Source: Antedon mediterranea
Lineage: Eukaryota; Animalia; Echinodermata
Assembly: GCF_964355755.1 (NCBI RefSeq)
Contig: NC_092673.1
Location: 1,860,001-1,924,000 of the forward strand
Length of the DNA: 64,000 nt
Direction of reading: 5' to 3'
A program made the translations under genes and the position numbers. Shown here one piece after another: positions 12,401 to 26,700 of this stretch (its first letter is position 1; the number at the start of each line of letters is the position of its first letter). Below the pieces are notes generated by a model. The model ran no database searches. It had not been told where the DNA came from and worked only from the letters and a program-made list of their open reading frames with translations.

Positions 12401-14724
12401 CTTAGTGTGTGAATAGCCATTTTAAGTTCTTGCGTATTATAAACCGTATGGTCAGTTTTATGTGAATATACTTGGCCTGAAGTTCCATTTATGCACTTAA
12501 AGGCCGACAATGTGTTGTTACATTGACAGATCCATTATCTTTATTAACCACTTAGAATTATTTCAAAGACCTACTACAGTATAAATTCAAACTTACTTGA
12601 AATAAAGAGCAAGATCTGTCGCTAGAATCGCTGATTCTAACATCTTCAACACAGACTGATAATCTTCTGCGGACAATGACTGGAAAATGTTGTTATTCTA
12701 GAAAATAATGTTTTCTTTAAAAATAATGTTTTTTTTTCAAAATAATGTCTATAATTTACATGGGCAGTAAATTTAACAGGATAAGGAAGGATAAAGGAGG
12801 AAAGCACCTGATAAGGGATCCACTTTGGGTTACAGGCTAATATATAAATAAGTAAAATGAGGGGGTGGGGGGGGGGGAAGGGGAGGAAAAAAATATATAT
12901 ACAGTATACAGTATGAAGCACATAAGTTGCTGAATCTGAACCGTCAATAACGGCTTAATGTTCTCAATAATATTAATAATAATATAATATACCAAAAGAA
13001 GACAGCAATATAATAAATATATCAATTCTGAACCTACTTCACTATTTAATATCATAATGCAATGATCAAAGTGATGATGCTCCATTACTGAGGTTGTGTA
13101 CAGGAGAGCAAGAGGTGATGCTGTCCTGTAACAAACAAACAACAAATCCTTTTTATTTTTTTATAATAGACACAATAAAAATTTTTAATCTGGAGCTACT
13201 ACAATTCTATCAATTTGCATAAATCAATAGCAGTGCAACATAGGTATAAGTTTTTTAAAGATGTATTATCCTCTAAAACAATGAAAAATGAAAAATAATA
13301 AATCAGACTTGTAATGGACATTTTGCAGTTTTAATAAAGCTATTTACTACTGTAGATTGAAAAGTAAAATCCTGCGACCTTCCGACATCAAAGTGTGTTG
13401 AACTCAATGTCATGCATATTAGATGCTTCAAGTATACCTAGCACTACCTTAATAATCTGAAATCCATTATGTAAAATGAAAAACACATTTGAAATGAGTG
13501 CCTGCTAATTGCTGACGGCAAGGTATAGAGTTTAATGTTGACATTCTAAAAGTAAATGGATTAAAAAGGCACAATTTGCATTTTGTACACAGTGGAAGAA
13601 TTGCAGTTGGTCAATTAGTCTTAACAATATTACTTAAATGTGTCCTTCGGTCAAATATAATTAAGTAATTCTAGTCATTTAGGCCACTACAGCCAAAATA
13701 TAAATGACACTACAAAAGTCACGTCACATCAAGACTTTAATAAGATAAATTATGGTATTATCATGTTTTGATGACTTCTCAGTAATTTAATTTGAATATG
13801 TGATGATTATTTTCTCTCTGTATTTTGTTATCTAGCATAGGCATACTGTTTCTTCTGTAATACTGCTGGTTTTCAATAAATGATAGGACCAAACTTGATT
13901 ATTTTCTCTCTGTATTTTGTTATCTAGCATAGGCCTACTGTTTCTTATGTAATACTTCTGGTTGTCAATAAATGATAGGACCAAACTTGATTATTTTCTC
14001 TCTGTATTTTGTTATCTAGCATAGGCCTAACTGTTTCTTATGTAATACTTCTGGTTGTCAATAAATGATAGGACCAAACTTGATTATTTTCTCTCTGTAT
14101 TTTGTTATCTAGCATAGGCATACTGTTTCTTCTGTAATACTGCTGGTTGTCAATAAATGATAGGACCAAACTTGATTATTTTCTTCATTTTAATGATACA
14201 GCATTAGACCCAGAAACATGCATGTTTACTAATAAACTGGTTTTTGATTATATTTAACTTTCATTCTGTTTTTGTGAAAGTGAAATCGGTATTTTTTTTC
14301 ATTTCTTTCAGATTTGAGAGAAAATACATCTTTAAGAATGAAATATTAAATAGAACCTTCTTCTTATATATACACATATGATTACAATTGACAAAAGGAC
14401 AAAAAAAGAAGCAAAAATAATCTTTAGCATGTGACATAAACCTGCCTAAATCAACACTACTACATACTTTTGTTGGAATGTGTTGTTGGTACCCCTGTGA
14501 TCCAGATCATGACACAAACAAGCAACTATCAGCACCATATGCTCTATATCAGAGAACACATGTTCCATGTCACCTGTCTGAAAAACAAAAAGTGATACTA
14601 TCTTTATAACTCCATATTTCTTAAGCAGTGTACACAAATAGACCTGTCAGTTCTGGTCTAAGGTGTGAAATTATACAATTATTTTTTTTTAAACACACAT
14701 TAAAACAATATTTCATATCATTTT

Positions 14725-14777
<53 letters not shown>

Positions 14778-17700
14778 TTAAAATATTAGAAGTAGAAATA
14801 AACAGTACATCATAACTAAAAATAGGATCGAGTGATATCAATAAATTAATCTTTAAATACCTCATTACGTGATCAGATGTTTGCATAATAAATCTTTATT
14901 ATTATTAATGTGTATTTACAAATCAAAATACCATGCTCAAATATAATTCACCTAATCCCCCTAATTTAGGCTAAATTCAGACAAAAGAGTTAATGGATAA
15001 TTCCATTGTTAATGCAATTTAAGTATATTAATCTCACTGCCCATTTATCCCCAAATTTCATACCAGACCCCAGAGACTATAATCAGCTATGTACGGTATT
15101 AATATAAAGAAATCTCTATATTATGATATATGTTATTAACTATCTTATATATCTATCCTATATTTTTATTATAATTTAATTTCACTAAAAGGCTCATTAA
15201 CATAACCAAGCGATAAAAATATATATTGATGGATATTGATGGATATTGATTGAAATTGTTAGGAATTGATGGGTATATAAGATCATAAATGTAAACACAT
15301 CAGGGAGTATTATTACATATACAGTAATAATAACACACTATAGAGAGTATTATTACCTTCAGCATACAGAACATAGTTTGAGCAACATTGAAGGCATGCC
15401 TCCAATTATGGTAGAGAACAGCCCTGTAGTTCTTGCGTACACTTAATAGCCAGCTACACATCACCTAAGGCAACAAGCAAAAGAATTTCAAATATAAATA
15501 ACCTGGTCATACTTAAATAACAACATAGCTGGCTGGCAGTCAATGTATAAAGCTAGTTTAGTCTTTTAAGTATGAAAATAATAATTAAGATAAAGTAAAA
15601 CATAATTCATTATTTATTTTTTTAAAGAAAGAAGAAAGAACCCATCCTTTGGGACGTCTCTATTCAGGTGACTGAGACAGTCTATAATTAGCACGTCACT
15701 GTGAAATCAAATGCAATATAAAATAAACTTACTTCTTTTGGAATGTGAAATTTGCCAAGGAAATCAAACTCCATCATCATACTCAAAGTCGCTTGTAATG
15801 TCTCCTCCTCTGTTAGCTGTAGATCATCAAATTCAAAGGAATATAGATGTAGATCCTGGCATGTATTTGGTACAGCACTCTAAAACACACAAGTTATTCC
15901 TGATTATGATGGTAATTTAAAAAAAAATTAAAATTGAAACGTTGAATCATGAATTCTCTCATTATTTTGTTAATAAGTTATTTTTTTTTAGTGGCGGATC
16001 CAGGATTTTGTCCATAAAATTGTCCCCTAAAAACATGAAAAATGAAGATTAATTTTTAAAAAAGGACTTTGAATAGGCCATTTCACAGTTTAAAAAAAGT
16101 TAATCCCTTACATTGAAAAAAGACAAAATAAATGGTTAAATTCATCCAAACACCCATTGACTTTCAGTCAATTTTACTATTTTTTGCTTTAAATTTCAGT
16201 TTTTCCTGTAAATAAATTTTATTTCTGATCCAAATTTTTGCTCAAAATGAAAAACTATTATGTGACCATAAAATGGCATATTCAACAAACACAATTTTCA
16301 GGGTGACAATATATCTATTTCACATTGCTTAAAAGCTTTCTCCCAATGTTTGCCATCCTTCATCATAAAATCAATAGCGATTTCCTAATGATAGGTTTGT
16401 GTGGTATGATTGATTGAATTCAACGGTGAGTTGAAGCCAACAATTCACCCTTAATCATATCGCAATCAGAAATATAACGACGACAACGACGTTACTCGAG
16501 GTGCTTCACGTTAATTGACAATCGATATGGAAATAAAGTAGAAAGCAATCAGCTTTAGTATGATTCTTTAAGTAATTAATACTGTCTAAAATCAATAGAA
16601 TGAGGTCAGGAATGAGCTGGAGATGCAACGAAAATAATTAAAACCAAACTCAGTTATACAACTACATTATTAACATTTTTATTTAAGGTATTACAAATTT
16701 AAAATTAAATTTCTTCAATAATTGACTTTACAATCGTGTGGTGGTTAAGCGAAACCAAAAATCATTTTATGCATGGATGAATAAATGAACGTGTATAGAA
16801 ATGATTTCTCTCTCAGTTGTGTGCTTATTCCAACGCTTATTAAAAAAGGTTTAAAACGAGACATACTGTATCAGGAAATGAAATATCCATATTTGATAAA
16901 TATTATGTTCAGAAGAAAATGGCAAAGTTGTATTTGGTGATCATCACAAAAGAAGCTGTATTCTCTTTCTTTTGTGATGATCACAAAATACAAATTTGCC
17001 ATTTTCTTCTAAATATAATAATATCAAATATAATGCTTAGAATTTAAAGATGTGTTTTGCCCCAAAAACATGAAAAATGTACTATAAAAGCCATTTTGCA
17101 GTTGTAAATAGTTCCGTAGAAAAAAAAAGTAATGGCTTCTACAAAAAACAAAATAAACAGTTAAATGTGAACAAAAAAACATTGTCTGACACTGACAGAC
17201 AATTTGTTCTTTAAATTACAGTTTTTTCAGGAAATTTTTTTGCAAATCAAATTTTTGATCAAAGTAAATAATTATTTTGTGACATTAAAATGGCATATTC
17301 AACAAAAAGACAATATATCTTTAACTTGACTCTTGAGGTCCTCGTGACAAGAGAAGATGCTTCAAAAGTATGTATTTCTGTGTATGAAGTATGAGTTTGA
17401 AACTTAAAACCTGACAAACCTGTAATCTGTTGATTTCATCGGGTTGTGCAGATGCATGGTATGAGAGCACCTCAATGGCAACCTTTTGTTTGGCCATCAG
17501 CAATGTCGCTTTCTCGTACATCTGAGTGTTGTGTATTCCAAGACCACAAAATATAGCAAATGTCTAACAATCAAAATTAAATAAATAAAATAATATACAA
17601 CAGATATGAAAGTAGTGGTTATCAAAAAGGTTATGTAATGTAAAGCTCTGTCTAAACTTTATGTGAAAAAAAGAAGAAATGCCTATATATGGACATGATG

Positions 17701-20700
17701 ATGTCATATCACTACCCTATTTGGGCATATCACTACCATATTTGGGCACATCACTCCTTTTTTGTCAAACTAGTGTGACAGTGTAGACAGAGCTTTACAA
17801 CTAGAACTAGTAGCAGCTTATTTATTAAAAAATATGATTGATCATCTATAATATTTAACCATAATTATGGAACATTACACTACTTGATCAGAATACAAAA
17901 TATTATATAAATCTGAATGCAATTAAAGAATTGGCAAACAACCAAACTAACACAAAAAAAAACATCAAAATTGAAAGAGAACATAACACCATATATTTAT
18001 AATAACGCAAACAAGTATTTATGTTGAGTAGTAAGTTATTACTTAGAATTTAAGATAGTATAAAGCCATTACAGCACTCGGTAATAACGAAAAAGCTACA
18101 TTAAAATACAGCTGTGCCTGTTTAAAATAATCACTCTCAAATGCCAAATTATCTTAATAGATATCTTTCAAGAGCGCAATAAAACTTACTAGCTTTGATT
18201 GCTTTTTGCATAAAATGTCATTATGTGTTTTCATGTGTATTATAAATAGCTACCCCATTTTCATGAAAGTTTCATAGTGTCACTAAAGCTACACTATCAA
18301 ACTTTATGTGACAACAAAATGTCATGCCCATATATGGACATGATGATGTCATATCACTACCATATTTGAGCATATCACTACCGTATTTGGGCACATCACA
18401 TTTTTTTCAAACAATTTTTCAAAACATTGACTTTATAGGCATAGTATGATTCATGTGAATAAAGTGATTGGTCAAACTTGAAAACCAAAAACACTAGTTT
18501 GATAAGTCAGACAGAGCTTAATAAATATTGTATTTAACTAAAATTAACTAAATTAAAACTAAAAGTTAATATATTGTATCATTATTTTTGAAAATATGTC
18601 TGCCTCAAAAGAACTACCAGACATTAAGGATAAACAGGTCTCGAACAAGAAGAAAACTAAAGTCCTTATAAATTTCTAAATCAAAAGTGTTATGTGCCTA
18701 AATATGGAAGTGCTATGCTCATATATGGTACTGATATGACATCATCATCATATGGGCAAATCAAATTTTTTTTTACATAAAGTTTTATAGAGCTTTAATG
18801 GGTACTAATGTAACTGAACTGAGATAAACTGCTAATAACACTCTATAACAAATGAGCAATATTCAAACAAAAATTCTATTCCTTTGAAAAATGTAGGTCA
18901 GGTGATCCTAGCAACAATTAATACGCAATCTTTTCAACTACAAAAACTCTGGCAAACAAAACTCTTAAACTTATACTCATACTACCAGTTTGGCATAGCA
19001 AACCAACAGAATAAAATTAAATTAAATAGAGTGTTAAATTTCATACTACTTTACTGCAGACAAAACTAGTTTTAATAAATTTGATATTTAGTATGTTTAA
19101 ATTTAGACATGTAACGAAGGTGACATTTAGAAATGTCCTTGTTTAAATATGACATAAGCAACATGTAATGAGGGTGACATTTAGTGACGGTCTTTGTTTA
19201 AATGTAACACAAGGGACACGAGGGAAGGTGACAAAATTTGCGGACGGGGATCAATTATTATTCATTGGTCATGCTTGTATAATAAAGATAACACTAACTA
19301 TTATAATTAATAACTCAATACATTTTTATAACATCATTCCAAAGATCATTGCTTACACATTAAGTCATACATCATATAAAATGTATAGAAGGTTTGTGGA
19401 TAATGGTCAGTTATTATACATTGGTCATTAAAAGCCTTGTACACAATATGACCATGACAATTATTAATAATTCATTACGTTGATATGAAACATAGGAATT
19501 CTTGTGGATAATGGTCAGTTATTATACATTGGTCATTAAAAGCCTTGTACACAATATGACCATGACAATTATTAATAATTCATTACGTTGATATGAAACA
19601 TAGGAATTCTTGTGGATAATGATCACAGAAATACTCAGTGGTCATTTTAATGGTAATGGTAGGTAATAAACTATGGCCATGGCAATTATAATTATCCTGA
19701 ATATTATAACTCATTACAATACTTGATTGGAATCCAAGTTTATAATACAGTACAATCATGTTGTAGTATCTACAAAAAACTATACTAGTAAAACTAAAAC
19801 AAATTTTTTGGGTATTTTTGACAATTCAAGAGAGTTTAATTAATATAACCGAATCTTGTACAGTATCATGTCTTGTGACAATAAGCATCCTACAGTGTTG
19901 TGTCTGCTGAGGGCAACTGGGAACTGAATTGAATTGAAATTTATATTTATACTGGGTAACCCCCTACTCGTCTCGAAAGATGTACTAGGTTCTTTAAAGT
20001 GCACATGAGCTAGATGTGTACACTGGACCTACAGTTTATAGTCCTTATCCGAGAGGACTCGTTCTACCACCAGAACCATGGAGTGAGTGAGCCTCGAACC
20101 CCTGCCGAGGTTATGCTACGTAATTACGGTTCCACTGTCTTAACCGCTCGGCCACTCACTCACTCTTATACTACCATAGCATATAACTCATAAATATTAT
20201 TTTAGCCTAACTGTCTCAATACACTATACTACAGTATCCCACATGGGATGAAGATTGCTGTTAGAAGACTCGATACTGCAGGATGTTATTTGTTGCTAGA
20301 CCTGCTACAGTAATATATTGTCTAATAAATATCACATATTGCGACTTTCTTTTGATAACAAACTATAACAAATAATACTGTAGTACATTTCCTATATAAA
20401 TATCCTTATTTTAAAAATAATTTTGAAATGTGTGTAGTTGCTTTCTTGTAGATGCTTTTATTGTAGAATGTATTTTTTGGGGGTTTATTTCTTTGTTCTG
20501 TTCTGCGTTGACCAACGAGCAGGTGTTTAGCACCTGTTTGGTCTTTCCTTGCTTTTTATATTTGTTTTGTCTTTTTCTTTGTATTGTTTGTATATGGCAG
20601 AAATTGAATAAATAAGTAAAGCATTTGTAGATGAGAATACACCAAGAATAATGTTTACCTCAAATGTAGTTTCATCTTGTTCACTAAACATGCTCCCATT

Positions 20701-23700
20701 CTCCTTGTTCAGAAGTTGCGCTATGCCTATTACAACACCTTCACTGTTGTATATGGGCATGCAAAGAGCTGTTTTGATTATGAATTCTTTGTTTACTGGA
20801 CATCCTCCTTTAAATTCTGTCTGAGCTTGGAAATCACAAATGTTCAACGTCTATTTAAAAATAATATCGAAAACATTTTTATTTATGTTTGCGTATTGCA
20901 CTTTCAGACTATTCTATCAAGCTCTGTCTACACTATCAAACTTAATGTGACAACAAAATGTGATGTGCTCATGGACAGGATGATGTCATATCACTACCAT
21001 ATTTGGTCATATCACTACCATATTTGGTCATATCACTACCATATTTGGGCACAAAAACTTTATAAAAAATGTATTTATTCCAAATTTAATTAGTAAAAAT
21101 GTCTTACTTTTATATTCTCATTACAAAATCTTGTTAATGTCATCAGGGAATTGTAAAATTTCACAACTCTCTAATTTCATACTGTACAACATGTATATAG
21201 ACATGCTGAGTATGTGTGTGTAAATAAATAAATAGTGTGTTAATATAAACATGCCGTTGACATGCTATAGTTATCTAGCTATTGGATACTTACTTGTTGA
21301 TTGGTAGCCACATGTCTAGCCATTTGACTATGGACTGAATCTTTTACTTGCTCAGGGCTTTGGACACAAAACATAGCATTATAATTTTAATCATATCATA
21401 AATAATTATAAACATTAAAATCATATTTTTTCATTACAATGTCTTTAGAAAGTAAATCCCCTTTGATAATACAAATTCTGATAATTGTTTAACCGAGTGT
21501 GAATTGCGTGAGGGCGTGTGGTGCAGTGTGTTGGATGTTGGATTACTGATCGTGAGATTGTGGTTTTAATCCAACTCTCGCCGCATTGCTTGTATCCTTA
21601 GGCAAGATACATTACTTACATTTGCCTCTCCCAGGTATATAAAATGGGTACTGGTTAGATCAAGACACAACTTTGCGTTGATTACTAGCTGCATTATGGG
21701 AGTATGTTCCATACGTGTTTGATCCAAAAATGCTTGGGGTAATAATGTGTAGCGCATTGAGAGCTTGCTTATATGCGCTATATAAGAATGAACTTTATTA
21801 TTATTATTATTACTGAACATTACAATTACTTCAGCGTAGGACAGAACATCTCATAAACTAAAAATAAAATTCAGTTTTGGCTTTACTATACTTTTTTTGT
21901 TTAAAAAAAATAAACTAAATTTTTCTCTTATTTAAAATTTATACAAATACTATTTTTTAAAAGAATTTTGTGATCACTAGCATGTAATCGACTGGTATTA
22001 ACAGATTGCAATTGTACAACATCACAATTTGACAGAAAAAAAATCTTTTAATTTTAAAAAGGTCAGGAAATGAATACAAATTGATGGATTAACCAGGTGA
22101 GATGAAGATTACGTGAGTTTAAAACAATTACAGTATATGACCACAGAGCAGTGTATCAAGCGAGTGAGATAAGATATCAGGTGTGTATGTATCTAGGCAA
22201 CAGTCAATATTAATCAAACCTTCCCCGATGATGATAGTCAAATATTGTAGCACGATAATTAAAGTAAACATACTTTGCTCAGTCAATTTTAACTATGATA
22301 CAGATTACATTTACATTCAATACGTCAAACATTTCAAAAATGATTAAATTACTCAAATTCAGAATTAGATTATCATTATTTCATAAATTGACATTGCGTT
22401 TACTGTACCTTAAGGTTGTAATCTCATTTTTTGATTCATAGCACAAATCAAACGCCTTGAAGAAACTCACTTCCTGTTTAAGAAGAAAAAAGACATTTCA
22501 ATGACAAGAATGATAAATATATCATTTTATCTGTATCTAAAAAGCATGAGCAGATGAGGATGATAGGCTAAAACCTCTTTCACATCGCCAAGCAAAACTC
22601 CAGAGTTTTCATACATCAGCATTTTGTTTGGTGTGAAATAAAAAAAAAAACAACTCCGGAGTTGAGGAACAGGGACACACACCGGAAACGCACTGATGAC
22701 ACACCAAGACGCAATATGAAAGGTACCAATGTGGTTCACGGTCAGAAGACGCAATATGAAAGGTATCAATGTGGTTCACGGTCAGAATGTTACAGTACCC
22801 TTGGCCGAACATTTATCTATTTAATTGTATTTATCATCCAACATATAGGGCAGTATTTAATCTTTTTTTATTGCAAAACTTGCAGTAAAAAATTGATTGA
22901 TGTGAAATGGAATCTCTCCAATGTTGAATTTATTTATGTTGATTTTGAATTGAATTTGATGTCTACGGAGTTTATTCACGGTTTTTTGAAAAAATGTATT
23001 ATTCCTCCTCCCCTCCCTTTTGAATAGTTAAAAAGACGGACAATCCATTTTCACATTCTCTCATTCCATTTCACTATTACATAATTTAATTAATCTTGAT
23101 TAATAAACCAGATTCAAATTTATTATTATTGCAGGAAAAACAAGTAGTTACTGCAGTAACTGCATTAGAATACTACCTTGAAATGATCTAAATCTACTCT
23201 AAAACAGTGAAATTTAAATATATTTATATATTTATATACAGGTTATAATTCATTTCAATGTGCCTATGAAGAATAGCTAACTAGAGTATAACAATAGCAG
23301 CATCAATTTAGTGTTATCAAACAAAGCAGTACATAGTACGTTTAACGTAGGTGTGTCTTGATAAACATAGGAAGAATAAATTAGTATGGTAAACATGATA
23401 CAAGTACAGTACATTCATTAACATTCTTTAGTAAAGACATATCCGCATACTAATCATGATGTTGTTGATAAACAACCACCCAACATTGAGAAGGGCCGGG
23501 ACAATATATCCTTGTTATGATAGCACTGGTATTACCACTACGGTCAATTGTCTCTAGTGTTTTAAAAACATATTTCTCCTCACTCATTTCATTGTCTCCT
23601 TAATAGGGTGTCACCTAAACAGGGGTATCCCAGTGTGATCAATGTGACCTTCTGTATAAATTAACAGGCATTACAAAATATTAAGTACAATTTGTAGTGG

Positions 23701-26700
23701 TGGTGTATTTTGATTAATAATCATAATCTAAAGTACTGTAGATTTAACATTTTTTTAAATAAAATTAATGTTAACTTCTCAAAAAATCATAATGAATGAT
23801 TGTGGGAACTAGAATTATTTCTGACTATTGTGGGAAAAAACCTGACATATATAGGCATGTTTCGGTTTTCTGATAGTTGACTGTAAAAAACAGGTTTAAT
23901 GGTGCCTGGGAAAACCTGGACAAATACAATAATGGTCTATCTATACAGTTTTAATTTGTTTTATAAGTAGTATATAAATCAAGAGGCAATCTGCCACTGC
24001 CTCTTTAAAGTGAATTAATTTTCAAAATTAACCATTTGGTGTACGTGCTGTAACTAAGGCAGTAATAAATGAGGTATATGGACATTTTCAAATCACTCAC
24101 TACTTAGCACAGTATGTAGTATAGTTTAAATTGCCGAGAAAATAAAAAATTCATCCACAATTGACGTCAATACTTGACTTTTACATAATATTAATCAATT
24201 TGTAATGTTCTTAGAGTTCAACTCAACTAATTTTCTATTTTGTTGTAGTTTATTTTATATAATAAAAACAATATTACCACGGTAGTGAAGATATAAAAAG
24301 AACATTAACACAATACAACTTTCCTTTCCGTAAATAAAAAATTTTTTTTTGGCCAATTTCAAAAGTTATGCAGCATTAAGTAGGATTACCGGAACATTTT
24401 TGTTTGAACAAAACAGATTTTCATGACATGCACGCAATCACCAGCCCACGTTTGTGGTTCTACCTGGAGATTATGCAAAGGCTTAGTCCTAAAATTGAGA
24501 CATTAACTTACGATTGACACACATGCAGGACAGTAACAGAAAAGGATATGTCAATTTCTGCTCAAATGGAACATTCATTCAGTTTCAATACCAATTTAAA
24601 AAAATACAAGATGCCGTAACAATAATTATAACACAACTGAGAGTATCCTTGCTATCTGATTGGTTATTTTTGTATCACATGCCGTTCAGTATTAGTTCTA
24701 CTAAAGGGTAAAAGTGATATTCAATGGTACTATTAAATGGTACTATTGCATGTTTAAATTTTTTTTTACATTTTGGAATACGAACCTAGCGTGCACTCAA
24801 TCATCTATAACTCTACTATGCATCCACAATTTGAGCGCTGCTTTTCATAATGGCCATAGCTTTAAACATTGATTCAAGTAATACTAGTAACAGAAAATTA
24901 ATTGGATGCAAGTTTACTTTAGAATATCCCTGTACAAGGTGTGTTATAAAACAAATAATTTCATTGAATGGAACAACTTGTAAACATTCACTAAAAATGC
25001 AATAACAATAATGTAGAATAGGCAACTAGGGTGATAGAACAGTGTATACTGAAAATATCAAGAAACAAACAAGCAATTAACTGAGTATTGAAGTTAATAA
25101 CGATTAAAGATGAATCATTTCTTTTTTTTTTGTATAATAAATGCCATTTTTAGTGGACAATACATCTTTAAAGAGCTACACAAAGAACAATGAAAAAAAT
25201 AAGAAAGAAAAATAATTATTTTCAATAATAATGTATTAGTAGAGAAATTAATAGATTAGAAAAACAATAATAAATGTTAACACTAAGAATTTAATTAATT
25301 AAGATTTAACAAAAGTAATACTGGAATGTTAGAATTACGGGAGCATAATGGGTTTATATATTAGTAAAGCTTGGTTTCCACTGGGACGCAAGGCAAGCAC
25401 ATCATCGTAACGCAAGTCATTTGACCAATCATAACGCAGTAATCATATAAATTGTTGCTTGTGATTGGTCTGTTCACCTGCGTTGGACTTATTACGTCTT
25501 TGCTTTGCGTTCGAGTGGGAACCAAGAGAATCAATGTTTATATTGCTCTTTAGACTAAAAAAATAATCTAACAAGACAAATAAAACAACAAAGTTAGGTA
25601 AACCTACCTCTTGAGATAAAATTGGTTTCTGCTGTCTGATTCCTACAGACGTCTCAAAAAGACTGTGAAGTCCCTAGTACATAATGCATGCATGAAGTGC
25701 AGACGAATTAATGAAATGATTTTTGTTGTGATATATACAGAAAAAGTGTTTTATGCGAACATATAAAGAAAAAAATATTGAAAAAAAAGGCACTAAGTGA
25801 TGCAAAGAGTGTTATAATAAATGTGCAGGGCTGACAAGAGAGAATCTTGATTATTATTGAGATAATTGATAATAAACAATAAAATATGATTTATAGTTGT
25901 CCACCCAGACAGGACAGTCACTGTCTTCGTCTCTCACTTTCCCTTATGAATGACTAGTGTAAAAAAATGTTTTTTTTTCTTATTTTTTTTTGTATCGCCA
26001 TTGATATCAAATCACAGATACATACAGCATTGTCATTTTATCAGTAATTTGCCTTTGGATTTATTGTAATTTTATGATAATATACAGGGAATAATTTCAC
26101 CAGTGTAGCAGAGCAAAAAGCTATACAAAACAACCTTATTGCTAAACATTGTGTAGCATAAAATAAAAAACTATGTTTCTGGACTCAAAAAATCAGTTTG
26201 ATTAGCAATATTGCTAAACAAAATTTAAAATGAAATTTTTCACTGATATACAATTTGAAAAACCTCTTGGCAGCCCCAGATACAGTATGGTGAGGCATTT
26301 GGTCAGTAATGAATGGAACAGAAGCATCTTTATGAATACAGAACTGTTTGTATATTAAACTAGTTCATATAATATGTTAGTTTGCATACTTCTTAGACAG
26401 ACTACCGTCTGAGATCTCCCTCAGGTACTCAATACAATAGTAGGTACTTAAGCCTGTTGTCACAACTACTTACCTTTACCCTTTAAGTATGTCTGCTCAG
26501 CTTCTTAAAAATCATTTTAAATATAATGTCTTAAGTTTTATAAATCTTGTAAGACTTCCCTTTAAATTCCTCATTACTTTATTAACATCATATAGTGGTG
26601 CTTATAAATTAATGAAAGTGCGGTATAATAAATAATTGAGATTTTTCATAGTTCTATTAAAAACCATATTACACAATTGTGCAATGTTATGACGTACATT

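Noticed and set aside
20085-20165. Possible tRNA genes (also at about 21510-21585, 38145-38200 and 42468-42524)
   Set aside because: Only A/B boxes are recognisable and cloverleaf stems are degenerate. They are attached to SINE bodies or embedded in other elements.
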